Source of the DNA: Planctomycetota bacterium
GTDB taxonomy: Bacteria; Planctomycetota; UBA1135
Length of the DNA stretch: 64,000 nt
Reading direction: 5' to 3'
NCBI GenBank assembly: GCA_045047305.1
Contig: JASFYO010000002.1
Span: 32,001 to 96,000, forward strand
Positions 1 to 10,097 of the stretch are shown in pieces. The translations under genes and the position numbers were made by a program. Within the stretch, counting starts at the first letter, position 1; each line of letters opens with the position of its first letter. Below the pieces are notes generated by a model that ran no database searches, was not told the origin of the DNA, and saw only the letters and a program-made list of their open reading frames with translations.

Positions 1-132
1 TTTCTCCACTGGCACCAAAACCTGCGGAATACGCTCCTCGAGACCGTCAGCTTTCACGCGACGCTCAAGATTGTCGCGCACACCTTCCTCGCGGTTGGTG
101 AGCACGCGGACGATGTACCAATCAAGCGCCAC
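1..132 (-). CDS. nusG: Transcription termination/antitermination factor NusG, N-terminal part (runs off window)
   Basis: Manual translation from GTG at 132: (M)ALDWYIVRVLTNREEGVRDNLERRVKADGLEERIPQVLVPVEK, a NusG N-terminal signature; GGAGG upstream; directly follows secE. Confidence 0.9.
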   Translation of the reverse strand, partial: MALDWYIVRVLTNREEGVRDNLERRVKADGLEERIPQVLVPVEK

Positions 133-571
133 CGACGCCTCCCCACAACACAATGCGGAAGATTTGGCCTAGCACCAAGTCGGCGAGGGCCAAGAAGCCC
201 ATCAAAACCAAAACCGTGATAATGACCACAATGGAAGAGTTCGTTGCTTCCTCGAAAGAAGGCCAAGTCACCTTCTTCATTTCCCCCTCAACCTCAATGA
301 GGTGATCTGCGATTCTATCTTTTCCAAGATAGCGCAGGTAAAGGTACGATGAAGCAAGGAATACCACCATGGCAACGAGGAATGCACCGGTAAAGCGGAG
401 CCCCATAAGAGGCACCTCGGGCATGGACTCGATGACGGGGCTGCGGAGACTTTGGAAAGCAATCAGCGAACCGCTCAAGGAGTAGCAGCCAAAGAATATC
501 ATGCCTTCACCCAGCCAGAATGCTGTCTGGCGGGCATTGCGTCCTTCGTCGGGCTTGTAGCGGTAAAGCAT
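122..571 (-). CDS. secE: Preprotein translocase subunit SecE (long, 3 hydrophobic segments)
   Basis: EMKKVTWPS motif followed by a TM helix; lies between rpmG and nusG. Confidence 0.93.
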   Translation of the reverse strand: MLYRYKPDEGRNARQTAFWLGEGMIFFGCYSLSGSLIAFQSLRSPVIESMPEVPLMGLRFTGAFLVAMVVFLASSYLYLRYLGKDRIADHLIEVEGEMKKVTWPSFEEATNSSIVVIITVLVLMGFLALADLVLGQIFRIVLWGGVGGA

Positions 572-579
572 GTTGGAAT

Positions 580-738
580 TTAGAGCTTCTTCTCGCGGTG
601 TGCAGTGTGGCTACGGCAGAATCGGCAGTACTTGCTCTTTTCAAGCTTGTACTCCGCACGAGCCTTTTTATGGGTCGTGTAATTCCGGTTGCGACAGTCG
701 GTGCACTCCAGGAAGACGTGGCGTTCTTTGTTTTTCAT
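580..738 (-). CDS. rpmG: 50S ribosomal protein L33 (CxxC/CxxC form)
   Basis: Not in ORF track; manual translation MKNKERHVFLECTDCRNRNYTTHKKARAEYKLEKSKYCRFCRSHTAHREKKL (52 aa); tuf-rpmG-secE synteny. Confidence 0.95.
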   Translation of the reverse strand: MKNKERHVFLECTDCRNRNYTTHKKARAEYKLEKSKYCRFCRSHTAHREKKL

Positions 739-758
739 GACTGCTGAGATTGCTGATG

Positions 759-787
759 CCCGCCTCGTTCAAAATAAACGAGGCGGG
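759..787. terminator. Stem-loop between tuf and rpmG (terminator or processing hairpin)
   Basis: CCCGCCTCGTT-7 nt-AACGAGGCGGG perfect 11-bp stem; no U-tract in the sense direction. Confidence 0.5.
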
Positions 788-804
788 TTTACCAGCAAAG
801 AGGT

Positions 805-2010
805 TTACTCGATGACTTTTGCGACCACGCCCGCGCCGACGGTACGTCCACCTTCGCGGATTGCGAAGCGGAGCTGTTCGTCCATTGCGATTGGGGTAAG
901 CAGGGTGACGACCATCTTGACGTTATCGCCAGGCATGACCATCTCAACACCTTCTGCCAACTCAACCGTTCCGGTTACGTCGGTGGTGCGGAAGTAGAAC
1001 TGAGGGCGGTAACCCGCGAAGAATGGCTTGTGACGGCCACCCTCTTCTTTGGTCAAAATGTAGACCTCAGACTCGAACTTGGTGTGTGGAGTGATCGAAC
1101 CTGGCTTGGCCAAAACCTGACCGCGCTCGACGTCTTCCTTCTTCACACCGCGCAGAAGACAACCCACGTTGTCACCAGCCTGGCCTTCGCTCATGGTCTT
1201 CTGGAACATCTCAACACCAGTACAAGTGGTCTTGGCGGTTTCCTTCACACCAACGATTTCGATTTCCTCACCAGTTTTGATGGTGCCTTGCTCGATTTTG
1301 CCGGTCACAACCGTGCCGCGGCCTTCAATCGAGAACACATCCTCTACTGGCATAAGGAAAGGCTTGTCCAAGTCTCGCTCAGGGATTGGGATATCGTTAT
1401 CCACTGCATCCATGAGTTCCTTGAGGCATGCCATGTCTGGATCGTCCATAGGCTTACCAGCAATCACAGCCTCCAAACCCTTAAGGGCGGAACCGCGGAT
1501 AATGCTGATGTCGTCGCCCGGGAAGTCGTACTCGTCTAGGAGTTCACGAACCTCCATCTCGACCAAGTCAAGGAGCTCTTCGTCGTCGACCATGTCACAC
1601 TTGTTCATGAACACAACGAGGCTTGGCACGTTCACCTGCTTGGCAAGAAGAATGTGCTCACGAGTTTGAGGCATAGGGCCATCGTTCGCGGACACCACGA
1701 GGATGCCACCGTCCATCTGCGCAGCACCGGTAATCATGTTCTTCACATAATCAGCGTGCCCTGGACAGTCAACGTGTGCGTAGTGACGAGTTTCGGTTTC
1801 GTACTCAACGTGAGCAGTCGAAATCGTGATACCTCGGGCCTTCTCTTCAGGGGCCTTGTCAATCTCATCAAAGGCCATGGCTTTACCACCGGTGGCCAGC
1901 GAGAGATAACCAGTGATTGCAGCGGTCAACGTGGTTTTACCGTGGTCAACGTGACCAATGGTACCTACGTTGACGTGCGGCTTCGTGCGTTCGAAGACTT
2001 CCTTTGCCAT
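805..2010 (-). CDS. tuf: Elongation factor Tu
   Basis: [43 protein letters not shown]. Confidence 0.99.
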   Translation of the reverse strand: MAKEVFERTKPHVNVGTIGHVDHGKTTLTAAITGYLSLATGGKAMAFDEIDKAPEEKARGITISTAHVEYETETRHYAHVDCPGHADYVKNMITGAAQMDGGILVVSANDGPMPQTREHILLAKQVNVPSLVVFMNKCDMVDDEELLDLVEMEVRELLDEYDFPGDDISIIRGSALKGLEAVIAGKPMDDPDMACLKELMDAVDNDIPIPERDLDKPFLMPVEDVFSIEGRGTVVTGKIEQGTIKTGEEIEIVGVKETAKTTCTGVEMFQKTMSEGQAGDNVGCLLRGVKKEDVERGQVLAKPGSITPHTKFESEVYILTKEEGGRHKPFFAGYRPQFYFRTTDVTGTVELAEGVEMVMPGDNVKMVVTLLTPIAMDEQLRFAIREGGRTVGAGVVAKVIE

Positions 2011-2091
2011 GGTCTTGTGGGTCCGCTATGCGGGGATTCTGAGTGTTTAAGTGTTTCCGCGTTTCGATTGAAACGCAGTGATTTGAGGATG

Positions 2092-2166
<75 letters not shown>

Positions 2167-2244
2167 CGGTTTCCGCGTCGAGCAAGGGGCTCGTAAAACG
2201 CGAAAAAGATCAGGGTGGGGTGCGACCAAAAAGCTGTGACTCAG

Positions 2245-2318
<74 letters not shown>

Positions 2319-2375
2319 CGATGGTCACCGAATCCTGCTTGCTATGAAGATAGGCAGGAAAAGCATGGTTTGGTC

Positions 2376-2460
2376 TGGTGGGAAGGAGAGGATTCGAACC
2401 TCTGAAGGCGGAGCCATTGGATTTACAATCCAACCCTGTTGGCCACTTAGGTACCTTCCC
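2376..2460 (-). tRNA. tRNA-Tyr(GTA)
   Basis: Anticodon arm TTGGA-TTGTAAA-TCCAA; long variable arm; encoded CCA. Confidence 0.96.
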
Positions 2461-2550
2461 GTGAAGCCCGAAAGCTTCAACCCTGAAATCGTGATGTGAA
2501 TGAGCGGCCCTTTAGACCATTTGACCCACGGACCCTGGTCAGAGGGCCGA

Positions 2551-2626
2551 TGGAGCTAGCGAAGGGACTTGAACCCTTGACCGTCCGCTTACAAAGCGGA
2601 AGCTCTACCAACTGAGCTACGCTAGC
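2551..2626 (-). tRNA. tRNA-Thr(TGT)
   Basis: Anticodon arm TCCGC-TTTGTAA-GCGGA; encoded CCA; canonical thr-tyr-gly-thr-tuf order. Confidence 0.96.
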
Positions 2627-2655
2627 AGTCGCCGGAGCGTGGAAAAGGGCAGAAC

Positions 2656-2683
2656 ATGATAAGTCCGGCGCTTCTCCCGTCAA
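2656..2683 (-). promoter_or_regulatory. Sigma70-type promoter of the tRNA-tuf operon
   Basis: TTGACG-16 nt-TATCAT about 30 nt upstream of the first tRNA. Confidence 0.7.
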
Positions 2684-2767
2684 CTAAAGAACCTACGAAA
2701 ATCAGGCCTATGGCTAATTAAAGCCCCCCTCGATTCTCGAATGGTCCCTTCGCGGTGGAAGGGGGCG

Positions 2768-3886
2768 CTAGTCTAGCCCCGCGACGTCGCTGGGCCAATC
2801 CTGTGGGCACTCGTTTTTTCCTAAATTCTCAATTCTTTGCCGCATTTCACGAATTGAGACTCCGCCGAGACGCGCGCAAAGAGATCCGGCGATTTCCAGG
2901 CACATCATGGCTTCACCAACCACCGAAGCTGGCTCCACCACCGCAACATCGCTGCGCTCGTAAGTTGCCCGCGAAGCCTCCATCTGGTCAAGATTCACCG
3001 ATTCCAGGCCTTTTCGCAAAGTGGGGATGGGCTTAATGGATGCCTGCACCACTACATCTTGGCCATTGGTCAAGCCACCTTCGATGCCACCCGCATGGTT
3101 AGAAATGCGACCGATTCCAGCCCATCCGCCCTCCTGCAACACAATCGGGTCGTGGTATGAGCTTCCAGGGATTGATCCAGCCTGCTCCCCCCAACCAATC
3201 GAGACGGCTTTGACCGCCGGGATGGAAGCCATCGCTGCCATCAGGCGTGCGTCTAGGCGGTCAACCGCCTGAAAGAAGCCTCCTAAACCCGGGGGGCAGC
3301 CTTTTGCGGTCACTTGAAAGGAGCCGCCAAGCGAATCTCCATCTTCACGAGCCTGATCAACCACTGCCTGCCATTGCTTGGTTTCTGCAAAGGGCACGCC
3401 ACCGATTTGCAACACCTGACTCGTCACCTGAATGCCGAACTTGGCGAGCAGCTGGCGACAAACCTCCCCTAGCGCTGTCCTGGCGGCTGTTTCACGGGCA
3501 GAAGCCCGTTCCAGTTGAGCGCGGATATCGCGGGTCTTGAGACGCAGCGCCCCTGCCAAATCTGCATGCCCCGGTCGCGGCGCCTTCAAGTCGGGCAACG
3601 CATCAATGCGGGTATCTGCATTTCCCAATTGGATGACCAAGGGTGACCCCATCGTTACGCCACGTTTTAACCCAGCCAGCACTGCGAGTTCATCCTTTTC
3701 AAAACCTGCGCGCAAACCACGCCCATACCCCTCCCAGCGACGCTTGAGCCCGGAACGAATCGCGTCTAAATCTATCTTCAAGCCCGCCGGCAACCCTTCG
3801 AGTTGCGCAATCAAGCATGGACCATGCGATTCGCCGGCAGTGCTCCAAGTGAGTCCTTGCAAGCCAGGGGTCGGGCGAGCACTCAC
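2768..3886 (-). CDS. aroC: Chorismate synthase
   Basis: TAGESHG, RPGHAD, ERASARETA, GDSLGG, GGIEGG, KPIPTL, ERSD. Confidence 0.95.
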   Translation of the reverse strand: MSARPTPGLQGLTWSTAGESHGPCLIAQLEGLPAGLKIDLDAIRSGLKRRWEGYGRGLRAGFEKDELAVLAGLKRGVTMGSPLVIQLGNADTRIDALPDLKAPRPGHADLAGALRLKTRDIRAQLERASARETAARTALGEVCRQLLAKFGIQVTSQVLQIGGVPFAETKQWQAVVDQAREDGDSLGGSFQVTAKGCPPGLGGFFQAVDRLDARLMAAMASIPAVKAVSIGWGEQAGSIPGSSYHDPIVLQEGGWAGIGRISNHAGGIEGGLTNGQDVVVQASIKPIPTLRKGLESVNLDQMEASRATYERSDVAVVEPASVVGEAMMCLEIAGSLCARLGGVSIREMRQRIENLGKNECPQDWPSDVAGLD

Positions 3887-4272
3887 GCCTCTTGCTCCTT
3901 CAGTTCTTCGGGGAACGCAGCGGCTTTCACCGTGGCCACCAAATCAAGAATGGAAAACGGCTTCGCAATCGTTCCTTGGTAAGCAGAAATAAGCTCAAGT
4001 GGGTTGACGTCGGCCTCGTCTGGGGTGCCGGTAACCAGCCAGAAAGGTGGCATTGAGGTGGTTTCGTTCCATTTCGCCAAAACCATGGCTCCGGATTCCC
4101 CCGCACCTAGGTGGTAGTCCATCAGCAGACCGGCGCATTCGCCGCTGTGCAAAAACGCGGTTGCTTCGCTGACCGTATCTGTAGTCCAAGTTTCAATCGC
4201 ATGGTGACGAAAGGCCATCGCCATGAGATTGCACATGCCGGGGTCGTTATCGACGATGAGTATTTTTTTCAA
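3883..4272 (-). CDS. Single-domain response regulator (receiver)
   Basis: ILIVDND, phosphoacceptor LLMD, VTG, AKPF; 4-nt overlaps with mutS2 and aroC. Confidence 0.85.
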   Translation of the reverse strand: MKKILIVDNDPGMCNLMAMAFRHHAIETWTTDTVSEATAFLHSGECAGLLMDYHLGAGESGAMVLAKWNETTSMPPFWLVTGTPDEADVNPLELISAYQGTIAKPFSILDLVATVKAAAFPEELKEQEA

Positions 4273-6368
4273 GAGGCCTCTCCAGAAGGCGGTGTCACCC
4301 AGGTGAGTTCGCGGAATGGGAGCACCATCTCCATGACACCATGACGCACTGTAACTTGCTGCCGCTTACGGTTCACCTTCAACACCGGCAAACGTTCCTG
4401 CAACTTCGGAACATAGACATAGCTGCCTTTCTTCACCGAACGCAGAAACTCCTCAAAACGGCGATTGAGTGGGTCGTTCTGCACTAAAGCGTTCACTTCC
4501 TGCAAGAATTCTTGCAACTGCTGACGCTCCGCACCACCCAAACGGGCAGCCAATTCCTTCTCTAGGCGTTGCATCAGTTGCTCTAAATAACGAGCATGAT
4601 CCTGAAAATGACGTTCCGCCTCCGACTCCCGCAACTCCATGCGATGTTTAGAGCTTGCCTCTTCCGTCGCCAACTGACGTGAGCGCTCCTGCACTTTCAA
4701 TTCTTCCTCTCCGGCCGATTCACGCAAGATCTCAGCTTCACGCCGCACCCGTCCGACATCGGCGAGCAATTGCTCGGCACCATCACCCCGACTCACCAAC
4801 TGACGCGCACGTTCCAACAACTCCAACTCGAGCCCCAAACGCTCGGCCACCTCCACCGCATGGCTGGCTCCAGGAACTCCAATCAGCAATCGGTAAAGCG
4901 GTGCCAAGGTGAGCGGATCGAATTCCATCGATGCGTTTTCAGCGCGCGGCCGATCCAGGCTAAACACCTTGAGGCTACCGAGGTGGGTACTCGCCATAAT
5001 CCATGCGCCGCGGTCCTGCAAGGACTCCAAAACCGCCTGACCAAGCGCCGCGCCTTCTTCTGGATCGGTACCAGTCCCGAGTTCATCGAGCAAAACCAAA
5101 ACTCCAGGCTGAGCGGCTTCAAGGATACGCTGAGTGCGTTTAAGGTGCCCGGAAAAGGTTGAAAGGCTATTTTCAAGCGATTGCGCATCGCCGATGTCGG
5201 CCAGAATCGCGGTAAATGGCGGAATCTCCGTGCCGTTGGCTGCAGAGATCGGTAGCCCTCGATTGGACATCCAAGCCAGCAGACCCACCGTTTTCAACAC
5301 TAGGGTTTTACCGCCGGTGTTAGGACCAGTGACGACCAATAAATCGAAAGCACTACCCAGCTGCAAGGTGAGCGGCACCACTTCCTCGGCCCCCATCTGA
5401 CGTACCAACAAGGGGTGGCGCGCATCGAACAAACGCATGCCACGGTCGAGCTCGACGTCGAGGGCGTAGGTGGCGGCGGCGAGCTTCGACCATTTGGCCG
5501 TTGCGAGCGCGACATCGACCTGACTCAAGCTCTCCTGCACCAATTGCAGCTCTGGCTCCGCGCGCAAAACAGCCACGCATATATCGCGCAACACTTGATC
5601 CACAATGCGGCGTTCGCGGAAGGCCGCTTCGGCGATGCGGTTGGAAAGCTCGAGCACCGAACTCGGCTCGACAAAAAGGGTGTCGCCACTTTGCGAGCGA
5701 TCATGCACCACCCCTCCTTGGCGATTCACCGAAGTTGCGCGTACCGCCAACAGCAAACGATCTCCGCGCTGGACTGGCTGGCGCTGGCGCAACATGCCTT
5801 TCTGAAACATGCCTTCCGCGATTTCTTCCATCCGCGCGTTACGCTTCTTCTCCAAAGTTCGCATGAGCTTGCGCACATCAGGGAGAGCAGGATCGGCTTC
5901 ATCTAAGACCTTGCCACGGGCGTCGACCGACTTACGAATGAGTGCACGAAGGTCATCGAGAACGGGTGCCGCCAGAATGACGGCACCAAGCTCCGGGCAC
6001 TGCGGATGTTGTGCTGCCCAGCGCCTCAGATCATTGATGCGCCCTACCGTTTCCGCGATACCAAGTAGCTCCAGGCCATCTAATGTGCGCTTTCGGGCCG
6101 CTCCAGCCAACCCCACTACATCGGAGCACCGCGCGAGGGAAGGTGCATACTCCGCATTTTCGGCGGCCACCGCTTCGATGCCACGCAGGCGACGAGCAGC
6201 CGCGATGAAAGGTGCATTTTCGTGAAGCAGAGCCAGCACATGCTGACGTCCGCCTAAGGTAGCTGCGGACTCGGCAATCCAGGAAAGGATCTCGGCGCAT
6301 TCAAGCGCCTCTTGAGCATCGGCCACAGCTGGGTCGACGGAATTGGAAATCGTTTCGAAAGATGACAT
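4269..6368 (-). CDS. mutS2: MutS2-family ATPase lacking the C-terminal Smr domain
   Basis: HDRSQSGDTLFVEP, ARHPLL, GPNTGGKT, DIGDAQS, SLSTFSGH, DELGTGTDPEEG; coiled coil then KOW-like end. Confidence 0.9.
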   Translation of the reverse strand: MSSFETISNSVDPAVADAQEALECAEILSWIAESAATLGGRQHVLALLHENAPFIAAARRLRGIEAVAAENAEYAPSLARCSDVVGLAGAARKRTLDGLELLGIAETVGRINDLRRWAAQHPQCPELGAVILAAPVLDDLRALIRKSVDARGKVLDEADPALPDVRKLMRTLEKKRNARMEEIAEGMFQKGMLRQRQPVQRGDRLLLAVRATSVNRQGGVVHDRSQSGDTLFVEPSSVLELSNRIAEAAFRERRIVDQVLRDICVAVLRAEPELQLVQESLSQVDVALATAKWSKLAAATYALDVELDRGMRLFDARHPLLVRQMGAEEVVPLTLQLGSAFDLLVVTGPNTGGKTLVLKTVGLLAWMSNRGLPISAANGTEIPPFTAILADIGDAQSLENSLSTFSGHLKRTQRILEAAQPGVLVLLDELGTGTDPEEGAALGQAVLESLQDRGAWIMASTHLGSLKVFSLDRPRAENASMEFDPLTLAPLYRLLIGVPGASHAVEVAERLGLELELLERARQLVSRGDGAEQLLADVGRVRREAEILRESAGEEELKVQERSRQLATEEASSKHRMELRESEAERHFQDHARYLEQLMQRLEKELAARLGGAERQQLQEFLQEVNALVQNDPLNRRFEEFLRSVKKGSYVYVPKLQERLPVLKVNRKRQQVTVRHGVMEMVLPFRELTWVTPPSGEAS

Positions 6369-6418
6369 GAAAGTCAGAGGTTTGTTCGCTAGTATGACTC
6401 AAGATGGAGACTTCCTTG

Positions 6419-7804
6419 ATGAGCAACAAATCCGGCATCTGCGACACCATTCTAGACGCGATTGGCAGCACGCCTATGGTGCGTTTGCCGCGTAATTTTG
6501 ATCCCAGAATCAAATGCGAGGTGCTGGTGAAGCTGGATTACATGAATCCTGGCGGCAGCATGAAGGATCGCATTGCGCTTCACATGGTGCGCCAAGCCGA
6601 AAAGCGTGGCGAACTGAAGCCGGGCGGCCGGATTGTGGAGTGCAGCTCGGGCAATACAGGAGCTGGCTTATGCATTGTGGCTGCCGCTCTGGGCTACGAC
6701 ATCACCATTGTGATTCCGGACAAAATGAGTTCTGAAAAAATCAGTGCCCTGCGCGCGCTTGGGGCCGATGTGGTGGTCACCCCATGCAACGTGGATATTG
6801 AAGACCCCATGCACTACACCAAAGTTGCAGGCCGTATTGCAGATGAGACGCCTGGTTCCTGGTGGCCCGATCAATATCACAACAGCGACAACACCGATGC
6901 CCACTACTACTCCACAGGTCCAGAGATTTGGGAACAGTGTGGAGGCAAAATTGACTATTTTGTGGCCGGCGCGGGTACCGGCGGCACGATTAGTGGCATC
7001 GCGCGTTATCTAAAAGAGCAGGACCCGAACATCAAGATTGTTGGAGTCGACCCACCTGGCTCTATTCTTGCCCATTTTTGGAAGACCGGAGAGATCTGCG
7101 AGTCCGGCCCTTATGCGGTCGAAGGCGTCGGCGAAGAAGAGGTGCCACGTGCCTGGGATCCGAGCGTCATCGATGATTACAAAGTCATTACCGATGCCGA
7201 CAGTTTTGCCATGGCACGTAAAGTCGCCTCGACCACGGGCATGTTCCCTGGCGGCTCCGGTGGCATGAACATGGCCGCGGTTTTGGAAGTAGCGCGTGGC
7301 TTGCCTGCCGATGCTCGCGTCGTGACCTTGTTGCCAGATTACGGCAAGGCCTATCTCAGTAAGGTGTATTCCGTCGATTGGCTGCGCGACTGTGGTTACC
7401 TACCTCAAGTACCGGCCACCAGCGCAACCGTGGCGGACTTAGTCCATGAAAACAACCGCGCCCGCGTTTACGACGACGAGACCTTAGCCTGGGCCATCCG
7501 GCAAGCCGGAGAACGTGGGGTACGCCCATTGGCCATCATCGCCCGCGACGGCGAAGCTTTGCTCGGCATCTTAGATGAAGACAAAACAATTGGTGTACTT
7601 AGTGAGGATGCAGATCTTGACTCCCTCAAGGCTGGCGACTTTGTCACCACAGCCCCTGCAGTTCTGGAGCTAAGCCAACCGTGGAAGGACGCGGTGGACG
7701 CCCTCGCCAACCACGAGGCGGTTTTGGTGAAAATGGAAGATGACGGCTATGCTTGTTTTAGTCGGCAGGAACTGATGCAGGGCTTGAAGCGACTAAGTCA
7801 TTAG
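6419..7804 (+). CDS. Cystathionine beta-synthase-like PLP enzyme with degenerate C-terminal CBS-like region
   Basis: NPGGSMKDR, SSGNTG, GTGGT, PDYGKAYLSK; C-terminal extension; SD GGAGA before ATG 6419. Confidence 0.88.
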   Translation: MSNKSGICDTILDAIGSTPMVRLPRNFDPRIKCEVLVKLDYMNPGGSMKDRIALHMVRQAEKRGELKPGGRIVECSSGNTGAGLCIVAAALGYDITIVIPDKMSSEKISALRALGADVVVTPCNVDIEDPMHYTKVAGRIADETPGSWWPDQYHNSDNTDAHYYSTGPEIWEQCGGKIDYFVAGAGTGGTISGIARYLKEQDPNIKIVGVDPPGSILAHFWKTGEICESGPYAVEGVGEEEVPRAWDPSVIDDYKVITDADSFAMARKVASTTGMFPGGSGGMNMAAVLEVARGLPADARVVTLLPDYGKAYLSKVYSVDWLRDCGYLPQVPATSATVADLVHENNRARVYDDETLAWAIRQAGERGVRPLAIIARDGEALLGILDEDKTIGVLSEDADLDSLKAGDFVTTAPAVLELSQPWKDAVDALANHEAVLVKMEDDGYACFSRQELMQGLKRLSH

Positions 7805-7821
7805 CACTTTGTTCCGAAAAC

Positions 7822-7860
7822 GCCTTAGCCGATTCCAACCCTTTGCGAATCGGCTAAGGC
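7822..7860. terminator. 14-bp inverted repeat after the CBS gene
   Basis: GCCTTAGCCGATTC-11 nt-GAATCGGCTAAGGC. Confidence 0.6.
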
Positions 7861-8394
7861 ACCATTCCAAAAGTTACGGCCAATTAGGCTGCTGGACATG
7901 CCAGCTGGAGCAGCAACAGAAGCCGATGCCTGCCCACTGGCATGGAGTACGCCTTAAAGGTTTACGTACCCTATGAAGGGGTAAATCCCCATGTAGGACT
8001 CCATCATAAGCATGTCTCGAGTTAATGGGATAGGCACAGCAAAAACCACTGGCCCGATTCCAGTTGCAGACAAGTAAGGGTTGAAGCCCCAAAGACCCAC
8101 CACTCCGAAACGGAAAATACTAATTGGCGTGGCGGAAGGAGTGCCAATCAAAAACTCGGGGAACCCATCGCCATGGAAATCGCCTAGCCTTGAAACGTCA
8201 GCGAAATAATTAGGGTTATCTTCGTCGCGAAAATTTTGTAGCGGTAAACCAGTGGGGCCGACATAAAGCTGGCTGGACGGCTGGCTAAGCTGAGGGATGT
8301 GATGAAATAGTCCATGCTGCCGTCGCCAACCTGAGCGGAGAGCGGGACTGCGAGCGGGAATACATTGATAAACCTGAATGTTTGCCAGATGCAA
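7825..8394 (-). pseudogene. Decayed secreted FG-GAP-repeat protein
   Basis: Signal-like LAVPLSAQ and VGDGSMDYFI in one frame; LGDFHGDGFPEFLIG in another; in-frame TAA at 7954-7956 followed by GVLHASGQASASVAAPAGMSSSLIGRNFW. Confidence 0.65.
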
Positions 8395-8466
8395 CCTTTC
8401 ACGTCTAGCACAGAATCAAATTTTCAAGTCATGACAGGGCGATTGCCGCATCCCTACAATCTCCCC

Positions 8467-9627
8467 ATGTCCGACTCCAAAAACCATGGATTCGGCACCC
8501 AAGCGGTTCACGCCGGCTGGGTGCCTGAAGAGAAAACCGGCGCAGTGATGCCGCCGATTTACATGACCAGCACTTATGTGCAAGATGCCCCTGGGCAGCC
8601 ACGTGAGGGCTTTGAATATTCACGCACGCAGAATATTACGCGATTCGCGCTGCAGGATGCTTTAGCCCAGCTCGAAGGTGGTGCTGCAGGTTTCACATTT
8701 ACTTCCGGCATGGCAGCCATCACCACTCTGCTGCTGACTTTGAAACCTGGTGATCGCATTGTTTGTGGCGACGATTTATATGGCGGCACCTACCGCCTGT
8801 TCACCAAGATTGGTGCGCGTTTCGGCCTAGTGTTTGACTTTGTCGACACCAGCGATCCTGCTACTTTCGACAACCTGCCACAAGACACGCGCCTGCTGTA
8901 TTTGGAAACACCATCCAATCCACTGCTGAAACTCGTGCCACTCGAAATCGCGATTGCTGCCGCGCATCGTGTAGGCGCCGAGGTTTCGGTGGACAACACT
9001 TTTGCTACGCCTTGCTTGCAGCAGCCGCTTAGGATGGGGGCAGATTATGTGATTCACTCCACCACCAAGTACGTTGCGGGGCACTCCGATGTCGTAGGCG
9101 GTGCACTGATTGTGCGTGAAGAAAAGCTGAAGGAAGATATCTGGTTCCATCAGAACTCCGCTGGCACAGTGAACTCCCCCTTCGATGCCTTCCTCACTTT
9201 GCGTGGCTTGCGCACCTTGGAGATCCGCATGGAACGCCATTGCAAGAACGCATTGCAAGTTGCGACCTATCTTGAAGCCCATCCAAAAGTTTCCAAGGTC
9301 ATCTATCCTGGCCTTCCAAGCCATCCGCAATACGACGTCGCGCAGAAACAAATGTCTGCTGGCGGCGGCATGGTTTGCTTTGAAGCCAAAGCCAGTGCCG
9401 AACAAGCCGCTCAGTTAGTGAAAGACCTCAAGATCTTCGCGCTCGCCGAATCACTCGGTGGTGTTGAATCCTTGGTCGAACTTCCAGCGCCGATGACCCA
9501 CGCATCTATCCCGGCAGAAACACGCGCAGCTCTCGGCATTACCGACGGCTTGGTACGACTGTCAGTCGGCATCGAGAACGGCAACGATTTAGTCGCCGAT
9601 CTCAATCAAGCTCTGGCGAATATTTAG
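8467..9627 (+). CDS. Cystathionine gamma-lyase/synthase (Cys/Met metabolism PLP family)
   Basis: YSRTQN, SGMAAI, ETPSNP, DNTFATP, HSTTKY, AESLGGVESL, RLSVGIE. Confidence 0.92.
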   Translation: MSDSKNHGFGTQAVHAGWVPEEKTGAVMPPIYMTSTYVQDAPGQPREGFEYSRTQNITRFALQDALAQLEGGAAGFTFTSGMAAITTLLLTLKPGDRIVCGDDLYGGTYRLFTKIGARFGLVFDFVDTSDPATFDNLPQDTRLLYLETPSNPLLKLVPLEIAIAAAHRVGAEVSVDNTFATPCLQQPLRMGADYVIHSTTKYVAGHSDVVGGALIVREEKLKEDIWFHQNSAGTVNSPFDAFLTLRGLRTLEIRMERHCKNALQVATYLEAHPKVSKVIYPGLPSHPQYDVAQKQMSAGGGMVCFEAKASAEQAAQLVKDLKIFALAESLGGVESLVELPAPMTHASIPAETRAALGITDGLVRLSVGIENGNDLVADLNQALANI

Positions 9628-9628
9628 G

Positions 9629-10039
9629 TTAAATAGAGCTCGGTGGATGCATTCCACCGGGCTCACTGCCCAACATTGGGGCTGGAGAGGGCGCAGCAAC
9701 CGGAGCCGCTCCGTCTTCCACGCGCTTACGCATCACATTGCCGACCTTGAACTTCACGACGCGTTTAGGTGGCACCGGAACCTTCTCCAAGGTTTTCGGG
9801 TTTTGCGCCATGCGTCCAGGACGATGGCGTACTTCAAATACGCCGAACTTCCTAAATTCCAAACGGTTACCGCGAACCAACTCATTCGCCACTTCATCTA
9901 AGAAGCGCTGGATGATGTCGCGAACCAAGACCTTTGTTTGGCCGGTGGAATCAGAAATGCGCTGAACGAGGTCGCGCTTGGTGACAGTGTGGGTATCGGG
10001 TTCCATCTTAAATGGGTGCGCCAGACAGTTTGTCTGCAT
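9629..10039 (-). CDS. HU/IHF-family DNA-binding protein with Pro/Ala-rich tail
   Basis: TKRDLV, LEFRKFGVFEV, AQNPKT, VVKFKVG; AAAGGAG SD. Confidence 0.9.
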   Translation of the reverse strand: MQTNCLAHPFKMEPDTHTVTKRDLVQRISDSTGQTKVLVRDIIQRFLDEVANELVRGNRLEFRKFGVFEVRHRPGRMAQNPKTLEKVPVPPKRVVKFKVGNVMRKRVEDGAAPVAAPSPAPMLGSEPGGMHPPSSI

Positions 10040-10097
10040 TGACCTTACTCCTTTCTAGCTCAGGAGTTGGAGAGTTTTCCCCAAGTATTTGAGAAAA

